This document shows, piece by piece, positions 45,859-61,293 of a DNA stretch of 64,000 bases. The notes under the pieces were generated by a model. That model saw only the letters and a list, made by a program, of their open reading frames with translations, made no database searches and was not told the DNA's origin. Both the position numbers and the translations under genes were made by a program. The stretch is from Roseibacillus sp. (GTDB lineage Bacteria > Verrucomicrobiota > Verrucomicrobiia > Verrucomicrobiales > Akkermansiaceae). Position 1 is the stretch's first letter; each line of letters opens with the position of its first letter. The stretch is from assembly GCA_965242925.1 (NCBI GenBank), contig CBDEUM010000031.1, positions 14,513 through 78,512 of the forward strand, read 5' to 3'.

Positions 45859-47163
45859 ATGAGCAATAACAGAATGATAGACCGCCGCACCTTTCTCAGG
45901 GGCACAGGGGGCCTGGCCCTGTCGCTACCACTCTTGGAGTGTATGGCTGTCGGTGCCGCGCCTGCCGCGCCCAAACGATGTTTATCTCTTTATATAGGGC
46001 ACGGCTTTTCCCTGGGCGGTGAATGGTCCTGGTACCCGACCGTGGTCGATGGTGAGATGCAATTTAGCAAGTCAATGGCCGCGTTCAATCCGCTTGCCGA
46101 TCGCGTTACGGTCTTGCGAGGTTTAGAGCATCCGGGCTGCGTCAGTGCCGGAGGCCACAACACGGGCGATTCGTTTTTGACTGGGAGCCATCCCAATGCG
46201 GTGGACAAGAGTCCGTCGTTCGACCAGATCGCTTCGATGACTCATGGGCACAAGACACGATACCCAAGTCTCGTGCTCGGCAACGAAGGCGGAATTGGTG
46301 GCATCGGCAGCTCAAAAACGTTGTCTTATAACCAGTTTGGCCGTCCGATCCCCGCGAGCAATGACATCCGCGGCCTCTACGACGCCATGTTCAATTCCGA
46401 TCCGCAACTGGCGAAGGGGCAGCGTTTGCAATTGTCAACGGACAAGCGGCGGCTCGATCGCGTTCTGGAGTCCTACGGCGATTTGAAACGCCAGCTCGGA
46501 CGCGACGACTCGCAGAAGTTGGAGCAATACATGCAGGCCATGCGAGATGTGGAGCAAGAGATCCAGCGCATGGAACGTTGGGTGGGAACCCCCAAGCCGA
46601 AGGTATCCAAGGATGATTTGGTGCTCAACGCCTCCGGGCAGGATCCGGCAGCTTTCATCCGCACGATGTACAACCTGATCTATCTGGCGTTCAAGACCGA
46701 TTCAACCCGTTATGCGACCTATATGCTGCAGAGCATGAATGGCGAGTGGGGTGGGATTTCGACCACTCTCGGTCTCGGTGTTGGCCACCACATGCTGGCC
46801 CATAACGCGACTTCGATAGGTGGGGGGCATTTTGCCAAGCTTGGCAAATATGACAAGTTCGAGGCAGACCTGCTGGCTGAGTTCATCACGAAGCTGGCGG
46901 ACACCCCTGAGGGCGAAGGCACGATGCTCGATAACACGGTCGTGATGTACGGCAGCAGTAACAGCCAGACACACGTCAACAGAAACTATCCCATGATGTT
47001 GGTGGGAGGCGAAAAACTTGGTCTCAAACAGGGTGTGTTCCATGATTTTGGCAAAAAAGCCCCGCCGCTATCGAACCTATACTTAACCCTGCTAAACGCA
47101 CTGGAAGTTCCCGCAAAGCAATTCTCCGACAGCAGCGGAACCATTCCAGAAATCATGGCTTGA
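45859..47163 (+). CDS. DUF1552 family protein (Tat-like N-terminus)
   Basis: RRTFLRG...L.LP.LE.M, FLTG, S.DQ, AF.TDSTR, TMLDNT, P.SNLYL. Confidence 0.88.
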   Translation: MSNNRMIDRRTFLRGTGGLALSLPLLECMAVGAAPAAPKRCLSLYIGHGFSLGGEWSWYPTVVDGEMQFSKSMAAFNPLADRVTVLRGLEHPGCVSAGGHNTGDSFLTGSHPNAVDKSPSFDQIASMTHGHKTRYPSLVLGNEGGIGGIGSSKTLSYNQFGRPIPASNDIRGLYDAMFNSDPQLAKGQRLQLSTDKRRLDRVLESYGDLKRQLGRDDSQKLEQYMQAMRDVEQEIQRMERWVGTPKPKVSKDDLVLNASGQDPAAFIRTMYNLIYLAFKTDSTRYATYMLQSMNGEWGGISTTLGLGVGHHMLAHNATSIGGGHFAKLGKYDKFEADLLAEFITKLADTPEGEGTMLDNTVVMYGSSNSQTHVNRNYPMMLVGGEKLGLKQGVFHDFGKKAPPLSNLYLTLLNALEVPAKQFSDSSGTIPEIMA

Positions 47164-47400
47164 TCCGTCATCCGGCCAATCGTCTTAGGCAAATCATCAA
47201 TCACGTTGGGGTCCAAGTTACCCGGGAGATCTCACATCTCTCGACACAGATTCCACAGTTGTATCCCCGTCTAATTCTCTGAGTCATCTCTCAACCTGTT
47301 TATAGGAATTCCAGGAACCCCGCAGATTCCAATTTGGATAGTGTGGAAAAGAGTGGGATGTGTTTTGGGAATCGAACCCTGGGCCCACCATCCGAGCTCC

Positions 47401-47988
47401 CTACCTGCCCTGCAAGCCCCCATCTCCCCGCTGGCGGAGAGCCTCAAAGAGACACACCCCGGTAGCCACGCTCACATTCAGACACTCCACGCGTCCCCGC
47501 ATCGGAATCTTCACGAGAAAGTCGCACTTCTCCTCCGTCAACCGGCGCAATCCCGGTCCCTCCGCCCCCATCACTATTCCAAGCGGTCCCTTCAGGTCGG
47601 CTTCATAGAGACTCTTCCCGCCGCGGTCCGATGTCCCCACCATCCAGATCCCGGCGTCCTTCAGCTCGTCCATCGTCCGCGCCAGGTTAGTCACCCGCAT
47701 GAAGCGCACGTGATCGGCCGCTCCCACCGAGATCCGGCGGACCACCTCGGTGACTCCAACCGCGCGGTCCCTGGGCGCAATCACAAGATCAATCCCTGCC
47801 CCGTCCGCACTGCGCAGGATCGCGCCCAGGTTGTGCGGATCCTGCACCCCGTCCAGGACCAGGACGAAGGGGCACTCAATCCCGGCCAGGATCTCCCGCA
47901 GGTCCCCTTCCGGTGTGGTCCGGTGGCGGCCCCGCTCCGTCGTGTGCGGGTTGGGTCGTCCTCCGGATCTGGGCTTCTGCCGTGGCAT
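47401..47988 (-). CDS. rlmB: 23S rRNA 2'-O-methyltransferase, RlmB/SpoU family, short form
   Basis: LDGVQDPHNLGAILRSAD, MGAEG.GLRRLT...CD, IPM.G.VE.LNVSVA. Confidence 0.85.
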   Translation of the reverse strand: MPRQKPRSGGRPNPHTTERGRHRTTPEGDLREILAGIECPFVLVLDGVQDPHNLGAILRSADGAGIDLVIAPRDRAVGVTEVVRRISVGAADHVRFMRVTNLARTMDELKDAGIWMVGTSDRGGKSLYEADLKGPLGIVMGAEGPGLRRLTEEKCDFLVKIPMRGRVECLNVSVATGVCLFEALRQRGDGGLQGR

Positions 47989-48005
47989 CGAGTCAACCGT
48001 CGGTT

Positions 48006-48051
48006 GTCATCAGTCAGCATCTTGAGTGACCGATGAATGCTGACCGATGAC
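48006..48051. repeat. 15-bp imperfect inverted repeat between rpoC and rlmB
   Basis: GTCATCAGTCAGCAT..ATGCTGACCGATGAC with one mismatch; internal TGACCGATGA direct repeat. Confidence 0.65.
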
Positions 48052-48066
48052 TTGTTGCCTCCGCCC

Positions 48067-52197
<4,131 letters not shown>

Positions 52198-52237
52198 GAT
52201 TTCGTAAAGTTGTTGGTTTCAGGTTCGATTCCGGGGT

Positions 52238-55200
52238 TCAGATGGTGAGGTCGTCGAGGTTGAAGTCGCCACTCTCGGTCACCTGGGCACCGCTGCGCCC
52301 AGGCCGCACGTCGAGGCCGAGCGACTGCATTTCCTTGATCAACACGTTGAAGGATTCCGGCGTGCCGGCCTCCAGAGAATTGTCGCCCTTGACGATCGCT
52401 TCGTAGATCCGGGTGCGTCCCTGCACATCGTCGGACTTAACGGTCAGAAGCTCCTGCAGGGTGTAGGCCGCCCCGTAGGCTTCCAGGGCCCAGACCTCCA
52501 TCTCCCCGAAGCGCTGGCCGCCATACTGCGCCTTTCCTCCCAGCGGCTGCTGGGTGACCAGGCTGTAAGGACCGACCGCCCGGGCATGGATCTTATCCGC
52601 AACCAGGTGCCCGAGCTTGAGCATGTAAATCTGACCAACCACGACCGGCTGGTGAAAGGCCTCGCCGGTCCTGCCGTCATAGAGCGTGCTCTTCCCGCCG
52701 ACCGATCCGTCCTTGCCGTCACCGATCCAGGTAAATCCCGGGGACACCGGTTCATCGGTTTTGCGTTCACGGGCCTTCTCGGTGCCATCGCCCACGATCC
52801 GGACCCCGTCCACCCTTTTGGCCTCCGACATGTATTCCCAGATCTTGTCCTCCGGAATTCCGTCGAAAATCGGGGTTGCCACCGTAAAGCCGAGAGCCTT
52901 GGCGGCGACTCCAAGGTGGGTCTCAAGCACCTGCCCCACATTCATCCGCGAGGGCACGCCAAGCGGGTTGAGGCAGATGTCCACGGGCGTCCCGTCATCA
53001 AGGTAGGGCATGTCCATCTCCGGCACAATGACGGCCACCACCCCCTTGTTGCCATGGCGTCCGGCCATCTTGTCTCCCACAGAGAGTTTCCGTTTGGCAC
53101 CCACGAAGACCTTCACCTCCTTGATTACACCCGGGTCGATCTCGTCCCCGCTCTCAATCTGATCAAGTCGGCGTTCCCGGTCAGCGTCCAGTTCGCCGAA
53201 ACGGCTTTCGAACGAACTGATGATCTCAAGGATCTTGTTCCGGATCGGGCTCGGGTCGATCTCGATGTGATCATAAACCGCCGCCAGCTTGCGCAGGAGG
53301 GTCTTGGTGATCTTCCGGTTGGCCGGGATGATGATCTCGCCACTCTGGGCGTTGACTACATCGAGGGGGATTTTCTCCCGAGAAGAATATCGGACAGCTT
53401 CTCGGTCAGCTGATCGGTCAACTGGTCCTTCTTCTTCTTGTAATCGTCGTTGATTTTCTTGAGCTGCTTTTTCATCTCGGCCGGATTGACATCCTCCGAC
53501 CGGCGCCGTGCCACTCCATGCGTGGAGATCCGGATGTCCTGCACGATCCCGGTGCAACCCGAGGGAACCCGCAGAGAGGTGTCCTTCACATCCGCGGCCT
53601 TCTCACCGAAGATCGCCCGCAGGAGACGCTCTTCCGGAGCGAGTTCCGTCTCGCTCTTGGGCGTGATCTTGCCCACCAGGATATCGCCGGGCCTCACCTC
53701 CGCCCCGACGCGCACGATCCCATCGTGGTCAAGGTTCTTGAGGGCCTCTTCACCCACGTTCGGAATGTCACGGGTGATCTCCTCCGGTCCGAGCTTGGTG
53801 TCCCGGGCTGCCACATCAAACTCGCTGATGTGGATGGACGTGTAGACATCCTCCTTCACCAGGCGCTCGGAAATCACGATGGCGTCCTCAAAGTTGTAGC
53901 CGTTCCAGGGCATGAAGGCCACCAGCACGTTGCGACCGAGGGCGAGCTCTCCGTCATCGGTGTTGGGTCCATCTGCAATGATCTGGCCATTCTTGATCTT
54001 GTCGCCGGAATTCACCAGGGGCTTCTGGTTGATGCAGGTGCCCGCATTCGAACGCATGTATTTGCGCAGTGGATAGGCGAAGATCCCCTTGTCCGGCTTG
54101 GTCTTGACCGATTCAGGGTCACTCAGAAAGCGCTCGTCCGAAACGGGCAACGCCCCGTCCTTGGTGGTCACTATATACTCCGCGGTGGATGCCGCCACCA
54201 CCCCATCGGCTTCTGCCACCACCACCGCACGCGAATCACGGGCCGCTTTCTCTTCCAGCCCGGTTCCCACGAAGGGCGCCTCCGAAACGAGTAGCGGCAC
54301 GCCCTGGCGCTGCATGTTGGAACCCATGAGCGCGCGATTCGCATCATCGTGCTCAAGGAAAGGAATCATTCCCGCTGCCACCGAGACGAGTTGCTTGGGC
54401 GAAACGTCCATGTAGTCCACCTTCTCGGGTTCCATCTCGAGGAATTCCCCCCGCTCACGCGCAGTCACGCGCTTGTTCACGAAGGTTCCGTCCTTGTTGA
54501 TCGGATTGTTGGCCTGCGCGATGATGAAGGTCTCCTCCTGATCAGCGGTCACATACTCGATCTGGTTGCTGACCTTGCCCTTTCTCACCTTCCTGTAGGG
54601 AGTCTCGATGAATCCGAACTCGTTGATCCGCGCGTATGTGCACATCGAGTTGATGAGACCGATGTTCGGCCCCTCCGGAGTCTCGATGGGACAGATCCGT
54701 CCGTAGTGGGAGGGGTGCACATCCCGCACCTCGAAGCCCGCCCGGTCGCGATTGAGGCCACCCGGTCCGAGAGCCGAGAGCCGACGCTTGTGGGTGAGTT
54801 CCGCCAGCGGGTTGGTCTGGTCCATGAACTGGCTGAGCTGACTCCGGCCGAAGAAGTCGCGCACCACCGCACTGAGAGCCTTCGGGTTGATGAGCTTCTG
54901 CGGGGTCATCCCTTCGATGTTCACATCGAAGAGGGTCATGCGCTCCTTGACCAGACGCTCGGTGCGGGCCAGGCCCACCCGGCATTGGTTGGCCAGGAGT
55001 TCGCCCACCGCACGCACCCGGCGACTGCCCAGGTGATCGATGTCGTCAATCGTGCCTTCCCCCTTCTTCAGATTAAGGAGATACTTGACCGCCGCGAGGA
55101 AATCCTCCGCCACCATGATGCGCTCTGAGGAATCGACGTCGATCTTGAGTTTCTGATTGATCTTGTAGCGGCCCACCCGGGTGAGGTCATACTTCTTGGG

Positions 55201-56169
55201 GTCAAAGAAGAGGCGCTTGAGCAGGGCCCGTGCGTTGGCGGCAGTGGGAGGATCCCCCGGCCGCAATTTCTTGTAGATGTCCTTGAGCGCACTCTCCTCA
55301 TTTTCCGCGGGATCCTTGCGCAGCGACTTGAGAAGAATCTCGTCCTGACGGGAATCGACCACTTCGATGGTCTTGATTTTCAGGGTCAGAAGCTGGCGAA
55401 CCACTCCGATGGTCAGTGGATCGTATGCCCGGGCCACCACAAGGTCTCCGTCCTTGATGTCCTCGAAGAGAACCATGGGACTGAGCTCTTCCTCGTCCAT
55501 CGATTCGCTGAGTTTCAGCTTCTTGACCTTGTAGAACTGCTCGATCAGGTCACGCTCGCTCGGATACCCGAGGGCCCGCAGAAAGGTGGTGGCCAGGAAT
55601 TTGCGACGACGACGGCGGCGGTCGAGGTAGACGTAGAGCAGATCGTTGGTATCAAACTGCACCTCCAGCCAGGAACCACGATCCGGGATGATCCTGAAGG
55701 AATGAAGGATCTTGCCGTTGAGGTGAATCGACTTCTCGAAGCAGATCCCCGGGGAGCGGTGCAGCTGGGAGACGATCACCCGTTCCGCTCCATTGATTAC
55801 GAAGGTCCCGCGGCGGGTCATCATGGGCAGTTCCCCCATGTAGACACGCTCCTTCTTGGTGCCCGTTTCGTCCTTCAATTTGAAGGTGACATAGAGAGCG
55901 GCGCTGAAAGTCTCGCCCGTCCGCAGGGACTCGAGAGCCGTGATCTTTGAATCCTCGATATCGTAGGAAACAAAATCCAGCTCGATGGTTTCATCGTAGC
56001 TGGTGATGGGGAAAACCTCCTTGAACACGGCCTGCAGACCGGTTTCAGTCCGCTGGGACGGGGCGATGTCCTGTTGCAGAAAGTCTTCGTAGGATTTGCT
56101 CTGAACCTCGATGAGGTTAGGCGGCTCAATAACTTCTTCGATGTTTCCGAAGTAACGGCGATCAGCCAT
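52238..56169 (-). CDS. rpoB: RNA polymerase beta subunit, one frameshift at ~53378 (probable homopolymer deletion)
   Basis: ORFs 53356-56169 and 52238-53557 join as ..[13 protein letters not shown]..; [32 protein letters not shown]. Confidence 0.98.
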
Positions 56170-56423
56170 GGTCGTCTCTCTGTTGATGGGATTGACGCCA
56201 ACCTTGCAGGATGGCGGTTTGCTGGATTCGGGGCGGGGAATCTCCCTCTCGGCACCGCTCTCGCGGAACTTTGAGGGAGGCGGGATCCCCTGATTTTATG
56301 GTCCCGGAGCGGCTGCTCCGACTCCAGGCTCCTCCTTTCCCGTCTTGGGTGAGAAAGGAGCCTGAAGTCGAACCAGGCGTTCCTGCCGGGGCCTGCTGGC
56401 AGCCCCCGGCAGAAAAAAGCCGG

Positions 56424-56801
56424 TTACTTGAGTTCAACCGTGGCGCCAGCCTCTTCGAGCTTGGCCTTGGCCGCCTCGGCGTCGTCCTTGGATGCCCCTT
56501 CCAACACGTTGACCGGGGCGCTCTCGACGAGCTTCTTGGCATCGGCGAGTCCGAGTCCGCTGGCAACTTCTCGCACGGCCTTGATGACCGGGATCTTGTT
56601 GCCTCCGATGCTCTCAAGTGACACGTCGAAGTTCGTTTTCTCCTCCGCAGCTTCAGCCTCTGCCGGGGCAGCGGCCGCAACAGCGGCGGCGGGAGCGGCG
56701 GCGCTCACGCCCCACTCATCTTCCAGTTTCTTTACCAGTTCGGAAGCTTCCAGAACGGTCAGCTTTCCGAGCTCTTCTGCGATTGTGTTTATATCAGCCA
56801 T
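56424..56801 (-). CDS. rplL: 50S ribosomal protein L7/L12
   Basis: GVSAAAP hinge, EEKT.FDV, KI.VIKAVR, LGLADAK. Confidence 0.98.
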   Translation of the reverse strand: MADINTIAEELGKLTVLEASELVKKLEDEWGVSAAAPAAAVAAAAPAEAEAAEEKTNFDVSLESIGGNKIPVIKAVREVASGLGLADAKKLVESAPVNVLEGASKDDAEAAKAKLEEAGATVELK

Positions 56802-56819
56802 TGTATTTGTCTTTCGGTA

Positions 56820-56921
56820 TCGTCGTTTACGGAGCTCCGTGTCGCTTAAGACCGCCAGCCGGCGATCCGACGAGGAACCATCTGTGTTTACCAGCCGCCG
56901 CCGCGAATGCGGCCTTGGCTA
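56820..56921 (-). ncRNA. Candidate structured cis-regulatory RNA in the rplJ-rplL spacer
   Basis: Nested complementary segments forming a three-way junction plus an upstream hairpin (see findings). Confidence 0.4.
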
Positions 56922-56993
56922 TCCCTTGAAATTTGTTGTTGTGATGAAGTAATTGAATCGTGGAGTGGTGGAGGGTTCCTGATAATTGGCATC

Positions 56994-57506
56994 CTAGTCG
57001 CCTTGGTCGAACTTCGCCTTCACCACCCGGGCCAGGGAAGCGCCGGGCTCATTGAGCACCCGGGCCAGCATGGAGGCCGGCTGGTTGATAACGCCCAGCA
57101 GGGTGCCGAGGAGAACCTCGCGCGGCGGAAGGTCGGCAAGCACCGTGATCTGCACATCATCCAGAAGTTCTCCATCCAGGAGACCGGCCTTAACCTCGGG
57201 CTTCTTGAACTCCTTGGCGAAGTTCTTCACTGCCTTAGCCGCCCCGCACACATCCTCTTCACCAGTGATAAAGGCGGTCTGCCCCTGCAGCACCTCCTCC
57301 AGTCCGGACATGCCGGCCGACTCCAGGACCCTCTTCATGTGACTGTTCTTGGCTACGTGGCACTCGGCCCCTCCTTCCCTCAGTCGACCACGCAGTTCAT
57401 GGAACTCGGGGACCGTCATCCCGGTATAGTCTACCACCAGCAGGAACGGCGAGCCGTTCACCCGCGTCAGTAATTCGTTGACGATAATCTGTTTATCGGG
57501 ATTCAT
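56994..57506 (-). CDS. rplJ: 50S ribosomal protein L10
   Basis: DY.G.TV..F.ELR, V.KN, L.GQTA, LP.RE.L; synteny. Confidence 0.96.
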   Translation of the reverse strand: MNPDKQIIVNELLTRVNGSPFLLVVDYTGMTVPEFHELRGRLREGGAECHVAKNSHMKRVLESAGMSGLEEVLQGQTAFITGEEDVCGAAKAVKNFAKEFKKPEVKAGLLDGELLDDVQITVLADLPPREVLLGTLLGVINQPASMLARVLNEPGASLARVVKAKFDQGD

Positions 57507-57510
57507 GATC

Positions 57511-58209
57511 TTATTCGGTGTCGGCTGAAACATTCTCCAGTTTCAAGCCCGGGAGCATGGTCGCTGCGATGGTGACGTTCTCGATGTAGTTCCCCTTGGC
57601 GGAGGCGGGTTTCGCCTTCACCACGCTCTCGATGAGGGAGGAGGCATTCTCCGCCAGCTGTTCCTCGGAGAAGGAGACCTTGCCAATGGCTGCCGAAATG
57701 TTGCCATTCTTGTCCAGCTTGTAGTCGACCTTGCCCGCCTTCACGGCTTTCACCGCGGTGGCGGTGTCTTCGGTCACCGTGCCGGTCTTGGGGTTGGGCA
57801 TGAGACCTCGCGGTCCCAGCACCCGGGCAATCTTGCGCACCTCGCCCATCGCATCGGGCGTGGCAATGGCCGCGTCGAAATCCGTGAAACCACCCTGAAC
57901 CTTCTTGATAAGATCCTCGAAGCCCACATGGTCGGCACCTGCCTCGCCGGCTGTCTTGGCTGCGTCACCCTGAGCAAAGACTGCCACCCGGACATTTTTC
58001 CCGGTTCCATGCGGAAGCGCCACGCTTCCGCGCACCATCTGGTCGCTTTTCTTGGGATCCACCCCTAGTCGGAAGGAGAGCGTCACGGTGGGGTCAAACT
58101 TGGGAACGGGAAACTTCTTCAGTGTTCCCACCGCATCAGCGAGGGCGTAGGGGCGGTCTTCCACCAGCTCCGCAGCCTTCTGGTATCGTTTACTTCGGTT
58201 ATTTGCCAT
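57511..58209 (-). CDS. rplA: 50S ribosomal protein L1
   Basis: [29 protein letters not shown]. Confidence 0.98.
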   Translation of the reverse strand: MANNRSKRYQKAAELVEDRPYALADAVGTLKKFPVPKFDPTVTLSFRLGVDPKKSDQMVRGSVALPHGTGKNVRVAVFAQGDAAKTAGEAGADHVGFEDLIKKVQGGFTDFDAAIATPDAMGEVRKIARVLGPRGLMPNPKTGTVTEDTATAVKAVKAGKVDYKLDKNGNISAAIGKVSFSEEQLAENASSLIESVVKAKPASAKGNYIENVTIAATMLPGLKLENVSADTE

Positions 58210-58217
58210 TGTTCTGG

Positions 58218-58255
58218 TTGCAGTGCGAATGGACCGGATCCGATCCTCCTGCGGT
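58218..58255 (-). promoter_or_regulatory. Candidate L1-binding autoregulatory leader upstream of rplA
   Basis: Minus strand GCAG-GA-GGATCGG-at-CCGGTCC-ATTCGCA-CTGC: stem/asymmetric loop/stem with GGAG just before the rplA start, as in L1 rRNA-mimic sites. Confidence 0.5.
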
Positions 58256-58302
58256 TATTGGTCTATTGGTTTCTTCCTGGAAATCTGGAATCCGCGGACA
58301 AA

Positions 58303-58731
58303 TCACATTCCCTCGATCTCGAGGCCCATCTGCATGGCAGTCCCTGCGAGGATCCTGGCAGCCTGCTCAGGATCATCCGTGTTAAGGTCCGGCATTTTGA
58401 TCTTCACCACCTCCATAAGCTTGTCCTTGGTGATCGAACCGACCTTCTCCTTGTTCGGTTCCCCCGATCCAGAAGCGAGATTGGCGGCTTTCTTGAGCAA
58501 CACGGCAGCGGGCGGCTGCTTGGTCACGAAGTCAAAGCTGCTGTCCGTGTAGACGGTGATGATGGTGGGAAGGAGATCGCCGGCCTGCTGCTGGGTGGCT
58601 GCATTGAAATCCTTGCAGAACTGCATGATGTTCACGCCAGCCTGACCGAGAGCCGGGCCGACCGGAGGAGAGGGATTCGCCTGTCCGGCCAGGATCTGGA
58701 GCTTGAGGGTGCCTTTGACTTCTTTTGCCAT
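58303..58731 (-). CDS. rplK: 50S ribosomal protein L11
   Basis: [25 protein letters not shown]. Confidence 0.98.
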   Translation of the reverse strand: MAKEVKGTLKLQILAGQANPSPPVGPALGQAGVNIMQFCKDFNAATQQQAGDLLPTIITVYTDSSFDFVTKQPPAAVLLKKAANLASGSGEPNKEKVGSITKDKLMEVVKIKMPDLNTDDPEQAARILAGTAMQMGLEIEGM

Positions 58732-58811
58732 GGGGTGAGTGGGGTGTGAAAATTAGGAGGTTGAAATATAGTGGGAGGTCGTCCCGACGTCGGGGCCCTG
58801 CTTCGACCGGG

Positions 58812-59381
58812 TTATCCCCGCTCGACCTGCCAGAATTCGAGTTCCACGGGTGTGGAGCGACCGAAGATAGTGACCGCCACGCGCAGCTTGCCCTTCTCCT
58901 CGTCGATCTCCTCTACGATCCCGTTCTGGCTCTCAAAGGGACCGTCAGCCACTTTCACGGTGTCGCCCACCTCAAAGCTGATGGCCGGTCGCACGCTGTC
59001 TTCGCGTTCCTTGATCTGGGCCAGCATGCTATCCACCTCGCGCTGTCTCATGGGGATGGGTCGGTCTTTGGTCCCTGCGAAACCGATCACTCCGTCCATC
59101 TCCTTGACAAAGAACCAGGTGTCCTCCACCAGGCCGTTGTCCTCGGTGAGGAGGTTCATGTTCACGATGATATAGCCGGGATAGAACTTTCTCTTGGTCT
59201 CCGTCTTCTTGCCACGTCGAACCTCGGACACCATCTCGGTCGGCACGAGGACCTCGTAGATCTTGTCCTTGAGTTCCTCTTGTTCGGTCAGAGCACGAAT
59301 TCTCTTGGCCACCTTCTGCTCCTGCCCGGAGAGAACGTGTACCACGTACCACTGTTGGTTTGGCGGGGGAATTGTCGGCAT
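58812..59381 (-). CDS. nusG: Transcription termination/antitermination factor NusG
   Basis: WYVVH..SG.E, KFYPGY, KOW motif GPF, IFGRSTPVEL. Confidence 0.98.
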   Translation of the reverse strand: MPTIPPPNQQWYVVHVLSGQEQKVAKRIRALTEQEELKDKIYEVLVPTEMVSEVRRGKKTETKRKFYPGYIIVNMNLLTEDNGLVEDTWFFVKEMDGVIGFAGTKDRPIPMRQREVDSMLAQIKEREDSVRPAISFEVGDTVKVADGPFESQNGIVEEIDEEKGKLRVAVTIFGRSTPVELEFWQVERG

Positions 59382-59389
59382 GTGATCGA

Positions 59390-59617
59390 TCAGCGTCCCA
59401 GTTGAGTCAGAAAATCAACGACCTCGCGGTGGATCAGGTCCCAGAGCCCTACATAGGCAGCCAGCAGGATCATTGCGATCAGGATGACCACCGTGGAATC
59501 AATGAGCTCCTTGTACTTCTTGAAGCCCTTGACCTTGGGATCCGGATCCCAGGGCCAGGAGGCCTTCCGGAGTTCGCCTTTGACCTCGCCAACGAAGGTG
59601 GAAAATTTCTTCAACAT
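59390..59617 (-). CDS. secE: Preprotein translocase subunit SecE
   Basis: EL.K.SWP motif, single TM helix, between tRNA-Trp and nusG. Confidence 0.9.
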   Translation of the reverse strand: MLKKFSTFVGEVKGELRKASWPWDPDPKVKGFKKYKELIDSTVVILIAMILLAAYVGLWDLIHREVVDFLTQLGR

Positions 59618-59642
59618 GGGTGACTGATTGCTGAGCGGGAAC

Positions 59643-59718
59643 TGGCAGGACAGGCGAGACTCGAACTCACAACCCTCGGTTTTGGAGACCGATGCTCTAC
59701 CAATTGAGCTACTGTCCT
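59643..59718 (-). tRNA. tRNA-Trp(CCA)
   Basis: AGGACAGTAGCTCAATTGGTAGAGCATCGGT-CTCCAAA-ACCGAGGGTTGTGAGTTCGAGTCTCGCCTGTCCTGCCA. Confidence 0.96.
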
Positions 59719-59806
59719 TTCGGCGCATCAGGGGCACCCCGGCAAAGCCCGAGTGCCCCCTGGTCAAATCGATTGTTGTTCGTGATCGCGGAGGGGTGGT
59801 GGGTGG

Positions 59807-60994
<1,188 letters not shown>

Positions 60995-61033
60995 ATGCTT
61001 GCTTGCTGTGGATCTTTGGTTCTCTTCTCTCTA

Positions 61034-61105
<72 letters not shown>

Positions 61106-61205
61106 GGGGTATGTTTGCTCCTCGCGACATGTGGATAGTTCACCCCCGGAGAAAGGTTTAGTACGCCCCAGAAGGAAATGACCAACGCCGCCAAAAGCGG
61201 GGCGG

Positions 61206-61233
61206 AAATTACCAGAGCTTTCTACGCTGTCAA
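61206..61233 (-). promoter_or_regulatory. Sigma-70 promoter of the tRNA-Thr-tuf operon
   Basis: Minus strand TTGACA-16 nt-TAATTT (TGn extension), upstream T-tract, GC-rich discriminator CCGCCCCGC. Confidence 0.75.
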
Positions 61234-61293
61234 AAAAAAAGTAAAAGGGATAGGAATTCGTGAACTCCCCACAAATCAGGGGATTCCCAGGCG

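Noticed and set aside
59719..59806. No rpmG between tuf and tRNA-Trp/secE; hairpin in the spacer
   Set aside because: This gene order varies among bacteria; nothing here suggests a special function.
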